IMG/VR virus record: IMGVR_UViG_3300045988_062804
DNA: 64,000 nt
Source of the DNA: a virus
Direction: 5' to 3' (one strand)
Made by a program: the position numbers and the translations under genes. Shown one piece after another: positions 45,043 to 55,900 of the stretch; positions within the stretch are counted from its first letter, which is position 1, and every line of letters starts with the position of its first letter. Below the pieces are notes generated by a model. That model made no database searches. It was not told the origin of the DNA and was given only the letters and a program-made list of their open reading frames with translations.

Positions 45043-45074
45043 CAAAGTTAATGATTCTTAAAGGTCATACCAAA
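45043..45074 (-). promoter_or_regulatory. Bacteroides-type promoter (TTTG-N20-TAACTTTG)
   Basis: On the minus strand, the -33 TTTG is at 45074-45071, the spacer is 20 nt, and the -7 TAACTTTG is at 45050-45043. It lies 35 nt upstream of ATG 45007. The leader contains the perfect palindrome AAGCGCGCTT (45016-45025). Confidence 0.65.
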
Positions 45075-45163
45075 GAAATATTGTTAATCAATGTTAACTA
45101 CAAAATAATTGTATTAAAATATTCAAAAATCATTCCTATGATATAACTAGCTTATATAATTGG

Positions 45164-48100
45164 CTATAGCCATTCAGCAGGTACTAATCTAGATTCTAAT
45201 TGGTCAGCATTGGTGATGTTAGCCTTCTTAACCCCAGTTAAATATCCAGATACTACATTTAATACTGGATAAGATGGTGACGGGAACAGTGGTACAGAAC
45301 CCTTCATCTTGGTGCAGTAATAGAACATATTATTGATACTATTAATATTGTAACAATTACCTAGCAACTCCTCAGAAATTAGTAGTAGACCCCTATCTCC
45401 ACCATCAACATCAAGAACTGCAAACAAGTTTGAAGCATCTGAAATTCTATTATTATTCTTAAATGTGTTTACAAAGTCAAACTGAGGATATACCTCTGCT
45501 GTACCCTGAGCATTATATGCCCTGTTATCGAACTTACAGTTTGACCAACATCCAGAAATTACAGTTAAAAGTGTGTTACTCTCAAACATGTCTGCGTTAA
45601 TATCTACGCCTACAGGGATTGTAGTAGTCATAAAGACGTCCTTTAGGGTAGTTAGAGCTTTACAGTACTTAAACATTCCAGGGGGATACATAATACCTCT
45701 AGTGAATGTAGTGCCCTGCAGACCTACGTAAGCATCAAAGTTAGTATCCTTAAATACCGATTCCATTACTTGAGTGTCAGTTAATGAATCAAACAATTTA
45801 GCTGGAATTCTACCCTGAAGGCCCTCTATTTTGGTCCCTTTTACCACTGACTTATCACCAGTAGATGAGTTAGTCTCTATAACGTTCTCCTTCCATGTCA
45901 ATCCATCAAGCACTCCACTTAATGTACAATCTTTACTACAATATCTAAATAAATCTGTAGGTATCATATAATTCTGCCTTGAATCTATATACCTACCATT
46001 AGCTTCATGCTGCTCAATAGCTAGCTTCTGCTGAGCATCATATTTAAAATATTTTTCAGCTAGTCTAGCCTTTACATCAGCCAGCCCAGGTTCAGAGCTA
46101 CTAGCCCCTTCCCAGCCATAACCGTCCAAGTACCATACGTCAAATGCTTGCTCTCCTGGATTGTAATCCGGACTACTAGAGTCTTCATTCCTATCGTAGT
46201 TATATGATTTCTTTAGATTACTTACATCTAACTTAAATGATACTCTACTTCCAGGTACACTGATTATATGGTCATTCCAAGATGTGGTAGTACCACCCCC
46301 ATGAAGTATGATACTAGTGTCCACAGTTCTAGTAATATCATAGCCTAAACACCAACAACCTGCAAATACACTAGTCATTTTAGTTATAGTTCTATTAATA
46401 GACTTAGTGCCATCAGCATTAGTCTTAGACATAAAGAACAATCTGTATGGTATAGTACCAAATAATCCACTATTTTCGAATGCGGATGATACATCAGTTA
46501 GATTACAGTTCTTAAAACCTTCTCCAACTAATTTTATCTTTAAATTATGACAGTCCTTAAACAACCCTCTGATAATTTGTAGATTACTACAATCATCAAA
46601 CATTCCAGCTGGTGGAAATATGTATTCTTCCTTATTGTTATCTAAGTTTTCTATTCCACTAAAGAAGGCTTCTACGCTAGTCATTCTAACACATCCCTTG
46701 AATATATCTACTGGTATCTTTTGGGCAGCTGTAGTAGCTAAGCATAGAGTTCCCTTAAATATACCTATAGCTTGAAGTAAGGTCCCTCCGAGCCTTGTTA
46801 GACATCTACCCATAGTAGACAAATCTATCATTAGTTCTTTAGTTCCACCGCTGCCATCGAAAGGATATTGTATAGAACTAAAATCGGGAATATGATAGGT
46901 GTTAGAATTACTAACTACTGTGTCAGTAATCCCTCCAAATACATTAGGTTTTAATTCCCCTACCAGACTTACTCCACTATATACAGTATTATCTAATACC
47001 ATAGCCCTAACTGGTTTATCAAGAACATGGAACAATAAACTAGTCTCCCCCACGTTATCTATCTTCATTCTAACTTTACCACACCCCATAAACATACCCT
47101 TGGGGTAAGTTGCCACAAGGTTTCTAAGATTGGTAAAGAATGTTTCAGAACTTAAAGTGCCCTCCCTTATAACTGACGCTCTTGTATCCTCACATGTTTT
47201 AAGTTGCGTACAATTTCTAAACATGTAATCTACTTTTGCAAGTGTAGAATACGAAGTGGTACCATTGTATACTATAGGTGCAAAGGCATTGTTATCTATC
47301 CACTCCACCCCTGTTGAGTCAAATGCACCTTCCGCGTCAGTTACAGTTGGTATAAAGTCTAAAATACCCCAAGTAGAATCTTTAGTAGGACTATAGTCAG
47401 CCGTTCTCGAATAGAATATACCATTTAACTGAGTTTGAGTAAATATCTCTCTAATACTAGTAACCCTTGGACAATACCTAAATATGTCATACCACAGTAC
47501 ACCGTTTATACCTACACATCCCCTAAACATTCCCTCCAATGAGGCTAAATGAGGTGTTAGTCTAACCATCAAATACTTAAAGTCATCGTAGGACAGCATA
47601 CTACAGTTTTCAAAACAATAGTAACCATCTAACATGGTATCACTAAACGATATATTAGTCACATTATCTCCCTCTAAGAATACATCGGTGCCATACATAT
47701 TATACGTGGCTCGGTCATTCATGAAAAACATGTTACATCCTCTGAACGTCTCTCCTCCTAATAGAACTAAGTGACCATATACTCTTGATAATGTGGTACA
47801 ATCTCTAAACGCCCCAGATGGCAGTTCAATAGGATTGTTCTTATTGTTAGTACACTTAATGGCTTTAAGTTCCTTACAGCTAGCAGCTTGTATAGAACCC
47901 AAGTCTGGGAAATTAGATAAATTTAAGTAGTCAAATTCACTATCATTATACTTCAATGTTTTTATACTAGTCCTACTTATATTAAGTCTTTTTAGACTAG
48001 TAAAGTAAGGTTGTCCATTTACAAACAGTGAAGGTAGTACAATATCTGTAGACTTAGTGTTACTCAAGTCTAAATCTTCTAGGTTCCACGCCCCAGTCAG

Positions 48101-51100
48101 CTCTAGCTTTAGGCTTGGATTATTCTGCCCAGATACACTAAATACCTTTAATCCAGGACAGTTATCTATAAGAACATGTGCTAATGGACTTACTGAGTTG
48201 TTTATTGATACATAATCAATACTTAAGTTAGACATAGACGTACAATTTCTAATAGTTATGGACTGCACATTAACTGGAATTGCCAATGTCTTCAGGGCTG
48301 GGCAGTTATCAATAACAATTTTAGTTAACTTGTCACAGTTATCAATTAGCAGTGTTTCTAAGAATGATTGATTAGCTAAGTTTAAAGAGGTGATATTAGT
48401 ACCACTAAGGTTGTACTTCTTTAATACAGCTGAATCAGGTAGAGTCACCTTTGTAATTGTAGAATATGATATGTCAAGTTCTTGTATCTTCTCACACCCA
48501 CTTAAGTCTAATGTGTATGCTGAAGCAGTAGAACCAATGAGTTTAACTCTACTTAGATTTAACTTCTTAATGTTCTTTAAACCTATATCGTTAGCCTTAT
48601 TATATACTCCACCCTGGAAGAAGAAGGCAGCATCCACATTACTTAGTCCACTTAAATCTAACTCTTGTAACATAGGTAGATTAATATTATCCAAACCTGT
48701 CCAAGGATAACTCTTAAACTTAGTAAAATCAGTAATGTACTTGTTAGCATACATATATACTACTGTTTCACCAGTAGGCATAGGTAGTATAACTGGTGTT
48801 GGAGTGTCCGTAATCCAGAATGCACCAGTAGTCTTATCATGTGAATAGTGATAAAGTATTTGACTACTTGCAGTAATATCAGTACTGAATCTAACTTCAG
48901 TAGCAGAACCAGTGGCTTTGTTAGAAGCCCATAGACCAGTAATGGGTGATTCAATAGTAGTAGGTAATAGGTTAGTATTATCCTTGTAACCATATACTCC
49001 GTCTAAGAACATGATTCTCTTTCTGAACCAATCCTTAACGTGCATCACACGATTACCATGTAAGAACTTCAGCTGACTAAAGTCTGTACTATCTTCATAC
49101 TTACCAGTATTTGGGTCATATGTCTTAGATATAGCAAGATACTTAATCTTATAGTCATAGTTGAACATGATAGAACCTGTCTTCTCGGTATATGACTGAT
49201 AGTAATCCTTAATGAATTTATCAGGGTCAGGGAATAAGTTAGTTCTTAGATTCACGTATAATGATTCTAGGCTAGTTCTACTCTCCGTACTACCACTGTC
49301 TATGCCAGCTAAGTTTTCAAGTACTTCCCATATTCTATTCCACCATGAAGCAAAGTATTGCTTATAACTATCAGTAGACACATAGTTCTTCTCTTGAGTA
49401 TACTGAGTAATACCAGTATCTTGTGAAGCAATGTTATACCATCTATGTAAGTGTGCCCAATATTCTACAATATCCTGTCCAGCATTGTTAAGTCCGAATG
49501 CTGTATCCATATCATAGAAGCAACAATACCACACGTCAGTACCCCAACTACGAATAGTTAAGTTCTTACACATGGAGTCCACACAACCAAATAGTAATGC
49601 AATCATAAAGTAAGCACAAGCATTATCCCAGTTTAGATGCTGGTCACAAGCACTAAAGTTATAATAAGCATTCTTATCCAAATCATAGAACTCTCCAGGA
49701 ATAGGTTTAGTTGGAGTTTGTCCAGCATCATCCATTGTATATTTCTGGATACGAGTAAGAGCCATATTAGCCATTTGGTTATAAAACTTCTGTACTTGAT
49801 TATATCCGATTGCCTCATCCCTAGATGTGTACATTACATCACCCATAAACTGTACAATCTTCATATCATCCTGTTGGAATGCACCTTGAGCAGAAGAGTT
49901 CTGGTTTATTTCAATAGAGTATACTCCATTGCTAACACCAGTATTCCACTTACTAGCATCTTCCGTATAATCAGTTACTAATGTTGGTCCGTCTTGGTTT
50001 ACCTTAGTATAATCAAGAAGCAATTTTAATCCAAGATTAAAGAAAGCATATCTACCTAGATTGAAGTTGTAGATACCACAGAATTTAGGCTGCTTGATAA
50101 TACCATCAGCATCAGGAGCATATCTGATGAATAGTAACACTGGGAAGCCTTCAGAAGTATGTTTAATTTTACCTCTAATAGCATTAGCCTTATCAGCATC
50201 ACCTCCCCAAACATCATTACCTAATGACATAGGTGGTGTAGCACTAAATGGAGTAATAGATTGTCCAGAAGAGTTCTTAGCCCTACCATTAACAATCTGA
50301 CCAATTACTACGTTATTAACGTGAGCAGAGTCCACTACGTCAGCCTTTAATGTAAATTCGTTCTCTGGCAACCAATCATCAGTAGGTTGGAATAACATCT
50401 TCTTACCAGTCTGGTCTACATCTCCCATATAAATCTCAAAGTTCTTAGCGTTATAAGATAGAGAAGATGTACCCTGTAGACCAATAGTAACACCATTACC
50501 TTCAGATACACCACTGGGAGTACTAATAACTACCTTACCTTTACTATCTTGATAAGTGATTTTAACTGGGAACTTAGTACCCATTACTTCTACCTTGTCA
50601 GATGCAGAGAAGATAGCTGTTGAGTATGGTTCAAATAATGTTGGACTATTAGATGTTTCTTCTACTAATACAATGGGGTATGGAGTATTAATCTCCATTT
50701 GTTCTACAAGTTTTGAGTATAACAACTCACCAGTTAGAAATCCTCCTTTGCCACCATCTAGTGTCTTATCCCAAATTAAACAGTTGCCTGCACTATCGAA
50801 TAGGTTCTTAGTTCTTAACTCAGCATCTAATGATGCGTCAATCTGACCTCTTACAAGCCTTGCTTGTTCAGTAGCAGATATGTAGTTTTGAACAATAGCA
50901 TATTCACTCTGTGAAGATGTATAAATCTTAATATCGTAGATATTGACATCGGAGAATCTACTTCTTACTCCGTTATCATTTCTACATCCGAAATAGAAGT
51001 CAGTACCAAACATCCAGTCAATGTCAGATTGGAGTACTCTACTTACAGCAGATAGTACACCATTAACATAGATTTTAAAGTACCAAGCATTTCCAGACAG

Positions 51101-52903
51101 TAATGATACATCTAGGTCTACAGTAAGTAGTTCATTCTGTGGTAACTTAACTGTAAGGGTATCAGCAGAACCAATCTTACATACAGCCTTCTCTAGTGTT
51201 ACTTCATAACCTGTCTTTAGTTCTCCATCCTCATACTGACCTATACCACATACTACTTCCTCTGGATAAGAAGAAGCATCTGCCTTATATGTACATGAGA
51301 TATGGAATCCCATAGGTTGGAAGAATGATACACCAGCACTAACATCAACAGCGGGGAACATTTGGTCAGCTACTTCGAGATAACCATAGGCTTCACCACT
51401 CAACCTTGTTGCAGGTATTTGATTTACACCATCACTATCTTGTAAGAAACCACTAGTCTTACCATTTACACCTTTCAGAGTAAAGTTTACACCATCTTGG
51501 AACTTAGATGCAAATGCACCCTCATAGATAAACTCTCCACCACTCTTGATAGGATAGTTCCAAGTACCAGTAGCTGTATTGGGAAATCCCGTAATTTTAC
51601 TGAAGTATGCCAGCAATGTGTGCATATCATTATTAGCATATAACTCTGTACTTACACTCTCTACTATTCTACAAGTAACTGTCTTAGTATACTGGGCAGA
51701 AGTATCACCAGGGTCATTTACTGCATATCCAAATAGAGTAATTCTTAAATACTCGTCAGCCTTATTAACAGATAAGTTTACTGTACTATATACGAACCTA
51801 TTAGTTTCACTCTTATTGATGTTCTTAATTGTACCTATATCAAGTAATGACACTTCACCACTTCCATTCATTAAATGGATTTTATAATCCATATTGAATG
51901 TACTATACTTACTAAGACCATAACTAAAGTAATAGCTAAATCCTAATTGAGAACCCTGACCATACTGAGTTAAATCCTCAATAGTTTCACCAGGATTAGA
52001 AGAAGGAGTAAACTCTGTAATATCCTCAGTTACAATAACTAGGTTATTGCTGTCTGCCACAGTAACATCGAACTTAATTTGCTCAGATGATAATATCTCA
52101 CCATTAAGAGTAGTACTAGCTTGTGCTACAAAGTAGAATCTCTGTCCAGCCTTAGGATTGAAATGCTCGCTCTCAAATAATAACTTACGAGCATCATAAC
52201 TTAATGCACGAATAGCTGTAGTAATGTTACTCACTCTGGCGACTTCAATGCCATTGATAGTCATCCAGAACTCTGCTGGACTTTGCAAGATATTATTAGT
52301 TACTGTATAGTTAAGAGACACTTCTGCAACACCACCCATGTACATAGTTTTAGGTGGTATAGATTGAATCTCCAAAGAGATAGCTCCAGCTACAATCTTA
52401 ACATAGGTAGGAGTAGCATAGGTGTTCTCACTATCATAAGCGGATAGTTCCACGTCAGTAGTTCCAGATAATCCAGTAATGGTAATATCTGTCCTTGCCA
52501 TAGAATACTTCTTCCATGTTCCTAATGTTCTATTAGTAGCTAAATCTTTAGCAATTACAGTGAATGACTTTTTAACACCGCCACTCTTAATTAAGATATT
52601 AAGTGTAACAGTATTAGTAGCTGTATAGACTGTGCTACCCTCAGCTACATCAATAGTATATTCGGAGCCGTCACCACCGCCACCACCGCCACCACCTCCG
52701 ATTGCACCATTAAGGTACACCCAGGCTAGGTTTTGTTCTAACTTAGTCATTCTATTATCTAGCTTTGTAAAGCCATTGTCAATAGAAACTGATTCCCCAG
52801 CTTCATTTAAGAAGCCAGGGTTTGTCAGTTCCAATTCTGAAGCATTAGAAGCACCGTCGATTACCCATCTTCCAGTTACTTCATCATAATGTTTTATTTT
52901 CAT
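45164..52903 (-). CDS. Giant (2579 aa) tail fibre / receptor-binding protein: N-terminal anchor, poly-Gly hinge, Ig-like repeats, LamG-like, CotH-like and two kinds of leucine-rich repeats
   Basis: The poly-Gly hinge is at aa 69-77. The LamG/ConA-like signature is ..WYFKIYVNGVLSAV..FSDVNIYDIKIYTSS (about nt 50930-51400). The CotH-like block is ..GIYNFNLGR.. / LNWDNACAYFMIALLFGCVDSMCKNLTIRSWGTDVWYCCFYDMDTAFG (about nt 49300-50260; YDMD at 49505-49516). Canonical LRRs include LDLSGL..LNLSRVKL..LDLSGCEKIQELDISYSTITKVTLP..LNLSGTNITSLNLANQ (about nt 47860-48700). BspA/LRR_5-like repeats (FRDCTTLS, FRGCNMF, FENCSMLS, FRNCTQLK, FKGCVRMTSV, FDDCSNLQ, FKDCHNLK, FAGCWCLG...) run from about 45300 to 47830. 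Confidence 0.6.
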   Translation of the reverse strand: MKIKHYDEVTGRWVIDGASNASELELTNPGFLNEAGESVSIDNGFTKLDNRMTKLEQNLAWVYLNGAIGGGGGGGGGDGSEYTIDVAEGSTVYTATNTVTLNILIKSGGVKKSFTVIAKDLATNRTLGTWKKYSMARTDITITGLSGTTDVELSAYDSENTYATPTYVKIVAGAISLEIQSIPPKTMYMGGVAEVSLNYTVTNNILQSPAEFWMTINGIEVARVSNITTAIRALSYDARKLLFESEHFNPKAGQRFYFVAQASTTLNGEILSSEQIKFDVTVADSNNLVIVTEDITEFTPSSNPGETIEDLTQYGQGSQLGFSYYFSYGLSKYSTFNMDYKIHLMNGSGEVSLLDIGTIKNINKSETNRFVYSTVNLSVNKADEYLRITLFGYAVNDPGDTSAQYTKTVTCRIVESVSTELYANNDMHTLLAYFSKITGFPNTATGTWNYPIKSGGEFIYEGAFASKFQDGVNFTLKGVNGKTSGFLQDSDGVNQIPATRLSGEAYGYLEVADQMFPAVDVSAGVSFFQPMGFHISCTYKADASSYPEEVVCGIGQYEDGELKTGYEVTLEKAVCKIGSADTLTVKLPQNELLTVDLDVSLLSGNAWYFKIYVNGVLSAVSRVLQSDIDWMFGTDFYFGCRNDNGVRSRFSDVNIYDIKIYTSSQSEYAIVQNYISATEQARLVRGQIDASLDAELRTKNLFDSAGNCLIWDKTLDGGKGGFLTGELLYSKLVEQMEINTPYPIVLVEETSNSPTLFEPYSTAIFSASDKVEVMGTKFPVKITYQDSKGKVVISTPSGVSEGNGVTIGLQGTSSLSYNAKNFEIYMGDVDQTGKKMLFQPTDDWLPENEFTLKADVVDSAHVNNVVIGQIVNGRAKNSSGQSITPFSATPPMSLGNDVWGGDADKANAIRGKIKHTSEGFPVLLFIRYAPDADGIIKQPKFCGIYNFNLGRYAFFNLGLKLLLDYTKVNQDGPTLVTDYTEDASKWNTGVSNGVYSIEINQNSSAQGAFQQDDMKIVQFMGDVMYTSRDEAIGYNQVQKFYNQMANMALTRIQKYTMDDAGQTPTKPIPGEFYDLDKNAYYNFSACDQHLNWDNACAYFMIALLFGCVDSMCKNLTIRSWGTDVWYCCFYDMDTAFGLNNAGQDIVEYWAHLHRWYNIASQDTGITQYTQEKNYVSTDSYKQYFASWWNRIWEVLENLAGIDSGSTESRTSLESLYVNLRTNLFPDPDKFIKDYYQSYTEKTGSIMFNYDYKIKYLAISKTYDPNTGKYEDSTDFSQLKFLHGNRVMHVKDWFRKRIMFLDGVYGYKDNTNLLPTTIESPITGLWASNKATGSATEVRFSTDITASSQILYHYSHDKTTGAFWITDTPTPVILPMPTGETVVYMYANKYITDFTKFKSYPWTGLDNINLPMLQELDLSGLSNVDAAFFFQGGVYNKANDIGLKNIKKLNLSRVKLIGSTASAYTLDLSGCEKIQELDISYSTITKVTLPDSAVLKKYNLSGTNITSLNLANQSFLETLLIDNCDKLTKIVIDNCPALKTLAIPVNVQSITIRNCTSMSNLSIDYVSINNSVSPLAHVLIDNCPGLKVFSVSGQNNPSLKLELTGAWNLEDLDLSNTKSTDIVLPSLFVNGQPYFTSLKRLNISRTSIKTLKYNDSEFDYLNLSNFPDLGSIQAASCKELKAIKCTNNKNNPIELPSGAFRDCTTLSRVYGHLVLLGGETFRGCNMFFMNDRATYNMYGTDVFLEGDNVTNISFSDTMLDGYYCFENCSMLSYDDFKYLMVRLTPHLASLEGMFRGCVGINGVLWYDIFRYCPRVTSIREIFTQTQLNGIFYSRTADYSPTKDSTWGILDFIPTVTDAEGAFDSTGVEWIDNNAFAPIVYNGTTSYSTLAKVDYMFRNCTQLKTCEDTRASVIREGTLSSETFFTNLRNLVATYPKGMFMGCGKVRMKIDNVGETSLLFHVLDKPVRAMVLDNTVYSGVSLVGELKPNVFGGITDTVVSNSNTYHIPDFSSIQYPFDGSGGTKELMIDLSTMGRCLTRLGGTLLQAIGIFKGTLCLATTAAQKIPVDIFKGCVRMTSVEAFFSGIENLDNNKEEYIFPPAGMFDDCSNLQIIRGLFKDCHNLKIKLVGEGFKNCNLTDVSSAFENSGLFGTIPYRLFFMSKTNADGTKSINRTITKMTSVFAGCWCLGYDITRTVDTSIILHGGGTTTSWNDHIISVPGSRVSFKLDVSNLKKSYNYDRNEDSSSPDYNPGEQAFDVWYLDGYGWEGASSSEPGLADVKARLAEKYFKYDAQQKLAIEQHEANGRYIDSRQNYMIPTDLFRYCSKDCTLSGVLDGLTWKENVIETNSSTGDKSVVKGTKIEGLQGRIPAKLFDSLTDTQVMESVFKDTNFDAYVGLQGTTFTRGIMYPPGMFKYCKALTTLKDVFMTTTIPVGVDINADMFESNTLLTVISGCWSNCKFDNRAYNAQGTAEVYPQFDFVNTFKNNNRISDASNLFAVLDVDGGDRGLLLISEELLGNCYNINSINNMFYYCTKMKGSVPLFPSPSYPVLNVVSGYLTGVKKANITNADQLESRLVPAEWL
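52673..52699 (-). repeat. Gly9 hinge encoded by a 9-nt tandem repeat (ggtggtggc)n
   Basis: The minus strand reads gga ggt ggt ggc ggt ggt ggc ggt ggt, within ..NGAIGGGGGGGGGDGSEY.. Confidence 0.9.
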
Positions 52904-55900
52904 TGTAATGTCTTTTCAATTACTATATTGTTGCTTGGATTGGTAGAACCATTACCTCCCACCTTTTTAAGGTCAGTATAAGCTATAGGTACATTATACT
53001 TGTAAGCCCAAACCTTAGTATTATCCTTTAGTTGAAGCTTGTATGATTTACCAAGTATTCTCTCCCTCGAAGCTGTTGTCATAGAAGGAGTCTCAACCTC
53101 ATCACCACTACCTATATTCCATATAATGTAATTAGGATATTGCTGTGCTGAGTTAACCTTTACTGTAGCAGTATTAGTTGTATTGTTCTCAATCTGACTA
53201 GATACTGGGTAGTATTCTAACAACCAAGGAATATTCTTTGCAGGTAATTCCTTATTAGAAGTTAACTTATATCCAGTAGCCTGACACATTACATATCTTA
53301 CATAATTCAAGCTTGCATCAGTGGAGATTTGAACACATTGTCTTTCTCTATCTGGTAAGCTAGTATACCATGAAGGAGTTAAGGAAGTATCGTAAACGAT
53401 AGGTTCCATTGTCCTACTTGGGTTCTCTCTTATATATCTTGAATTGGCATATGTATGTTTGTGACCACATAGGCATAGTTTAAAATCATTATCTTGCATC
53501 CATTGGCTGAACCAATAACTACCTACTGTATTTAAGTGACTACCACCCCTCTTGATGTTTAGGTCTTTATCATAAGTTCCACTCTCATTTTTCTTTAGAT
53601 AACTCATAATTAAGTCAGCCGTAATGATAGTAAATGGAGCTTCGTGACAGAACGCAACCTTCCACTTAATTTTAGCATCAGCTGCGTGTTGTGCCAAATC
53701 AGCAGTTGCCCAGTCTTTTAAGTCATTATATACATTCACACCAGTTATATCTCCGAACACGTCTGTCCTCGCTAATTCAGTGATTTCAGAGTTCATAGAC
53801 AAGAAATAGGTGTTACCATATACGAAACTATAGCAGCAGGGTATGTACACTCCAGCAGACGAAATGGGTACTGTATAAGGGTGTTCAAATGTAAAGAAAA
53901 ATTCTACATTGGCTGGGTTAGTTTTACTTTTATCTTCCCCATCCCCTAACGTGTACACATCTACAGGTGTTAAATCATTGTTGCCTACTGAGTACATCTG
54001 TTCTGTATCTCTATAGATAACATCTCCTCCCTTGTAATAGTCAATCCATTCATTAAATCTATTACCATTCTGAGTTTGGTCTCCAGTATTTAAACACCAT
54101 TCATATGGATTCTCAGCTTTGTCAGAGTTGATATACTCTGCACTAACTCTCCACATTTCATACTCTTCTGCATTGAAACCTTGTTGGTCACTTACTTGTA
54201 GGAAGTTAAATCCTCTTTCAATAACCTTGTCCCTATTTCTAAGAGTAAATGACCTTTCCTCAGTCCACGCTCCGTCTCTTCCTACCTTGTAATAATACTT
54301 CTGAGTATCAGTAGGTTCGTCGAAGTCTTTAATGAACTTATGAACTGTAAATGGTGTACCATCTGTAGTTATACTTCTAATCCTATTGTATATTTTATTA
54401 GCCCAATTCTTGTGGTTGGTAGGTCTGTTAGGATTCTGGCTAACGTCTTCTGTATTGAAGTCTTCTTTCTTGAAAGACTCAAACTTATTCTCTGGAGTAT
54501 ATTCTTCCCCATCTTTCCTTATCCAGATATATTCATCATAATATCCAACTGATACCCAGTTAAAGCATCTAGTCTTATGTGCGTCATGTCCTAATGTACA
54601 AGTAACAATGTTAGGAGCACCCTCAACTAATAGATGTTTATTGAAGAATATATTCTTATTTTGTGATGAGTTCTTAGGAGTGTACTCTTGAATATCAATA
54701 GCAGGGTTAATCTTATCCATATTGATGTAAGTCCAGTCCTTAACATTACTCCTAGCACTCAGAGCCTTAGTAGCTTGCTTAACTGGGTCCATATTATAGT
54801 AACGCATTAATAATACATTACTTCCCTTAGTAGCTATAGGAGATGCTTCACATGGCATTGACTTATCATTGTAGTTACCTATTCCGACTAAATCTACATA
54901 CCATTTAATCACTCCATTAGTAGTCCAAGGTGCTGTACTATTCATAACAGTAGTCTTGAAGTAATCTGTTGTTTCCTCACTACTAATGTAGAATGCACAG
55001 TCGTAACTAAATTTGATGCAGTTATCTTTGCTAGACCAAATACTATGAGCTTGAACTCCAGCACCTTCATCCACAGCAATCTCAAGCCTTGTATTATTAA
55101 GAGTGTCATCTTTAGTCCAATACATATCAGGTTCACCAACTCTAATTAGTGTAGTATTGATGTTCTCTACTGAGCATTGAGCACCCTTAATCAAGAATGT
55201 GCCTTGAGATTTAAGAGTACCAATTAGAGGTAATGTAACCCAATCTCCACTATTCCTTTCTGTGTAATGTAAGTATAATCCTTTTAGATTTAAGTCCTTC
55301 TTACCTAGGTTACATAGTTCTACGAAATTGTGAGATACTGGATTATAATCCTTATCCTCAGATGTTCCTCCACAATATACCATATTAACATATATCTTTG
55401 GAGAGTCTTTAGAACCAACTTCCTCTGGAATAATTGGGAAATAAGGAGTAGTATAATAAATTCCAGTACCTTGAGTCTGAGCATTACCAGCTAAAGTATT
55501 CTTATCTAATCTATAATCATGTATATCTAACTTGCCATCCTTAACCTGAATAAGGAATGTATTCTCTTTATTCGTCATGTCAGCGAACTCAATACCAATA
55601 ATCTTGGTTTTAGCTCCACTACCACTTCCAATGACTTCGGTTAATATTCCATCCATTGTCTCTGGGTCTGGTCCAGGTCCTGGGTCTTCTCCACCACCTG
55701 TGCTACCTATTTTAATTAATTTATATGTCTTAGGGTCTTTAATCCATAATGTCTGAGTATCATAACACCATAACAATTCTTTCGGTAGGAAATCACCCTT
55801 ATTAGCCTGCATTTCTGCATACGTACCACTTTTAATACATATATGCTTGGCATTAGGTAAATACTCTTCATACTCAGTAGGTTCAGGTGAATCAGCAAGA

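Noticed and set aside
45161-45172. 12-nt perfect palindrome TGGCTATAGCCA at the end of the 2579-aa gene, considered as a terminator or operator
   Set aside because: It has no loop and no T-tract, and it contains the TAG stop codon of the gene. It is most simply a coincidence of coding sequence, so I kept it only as a note.
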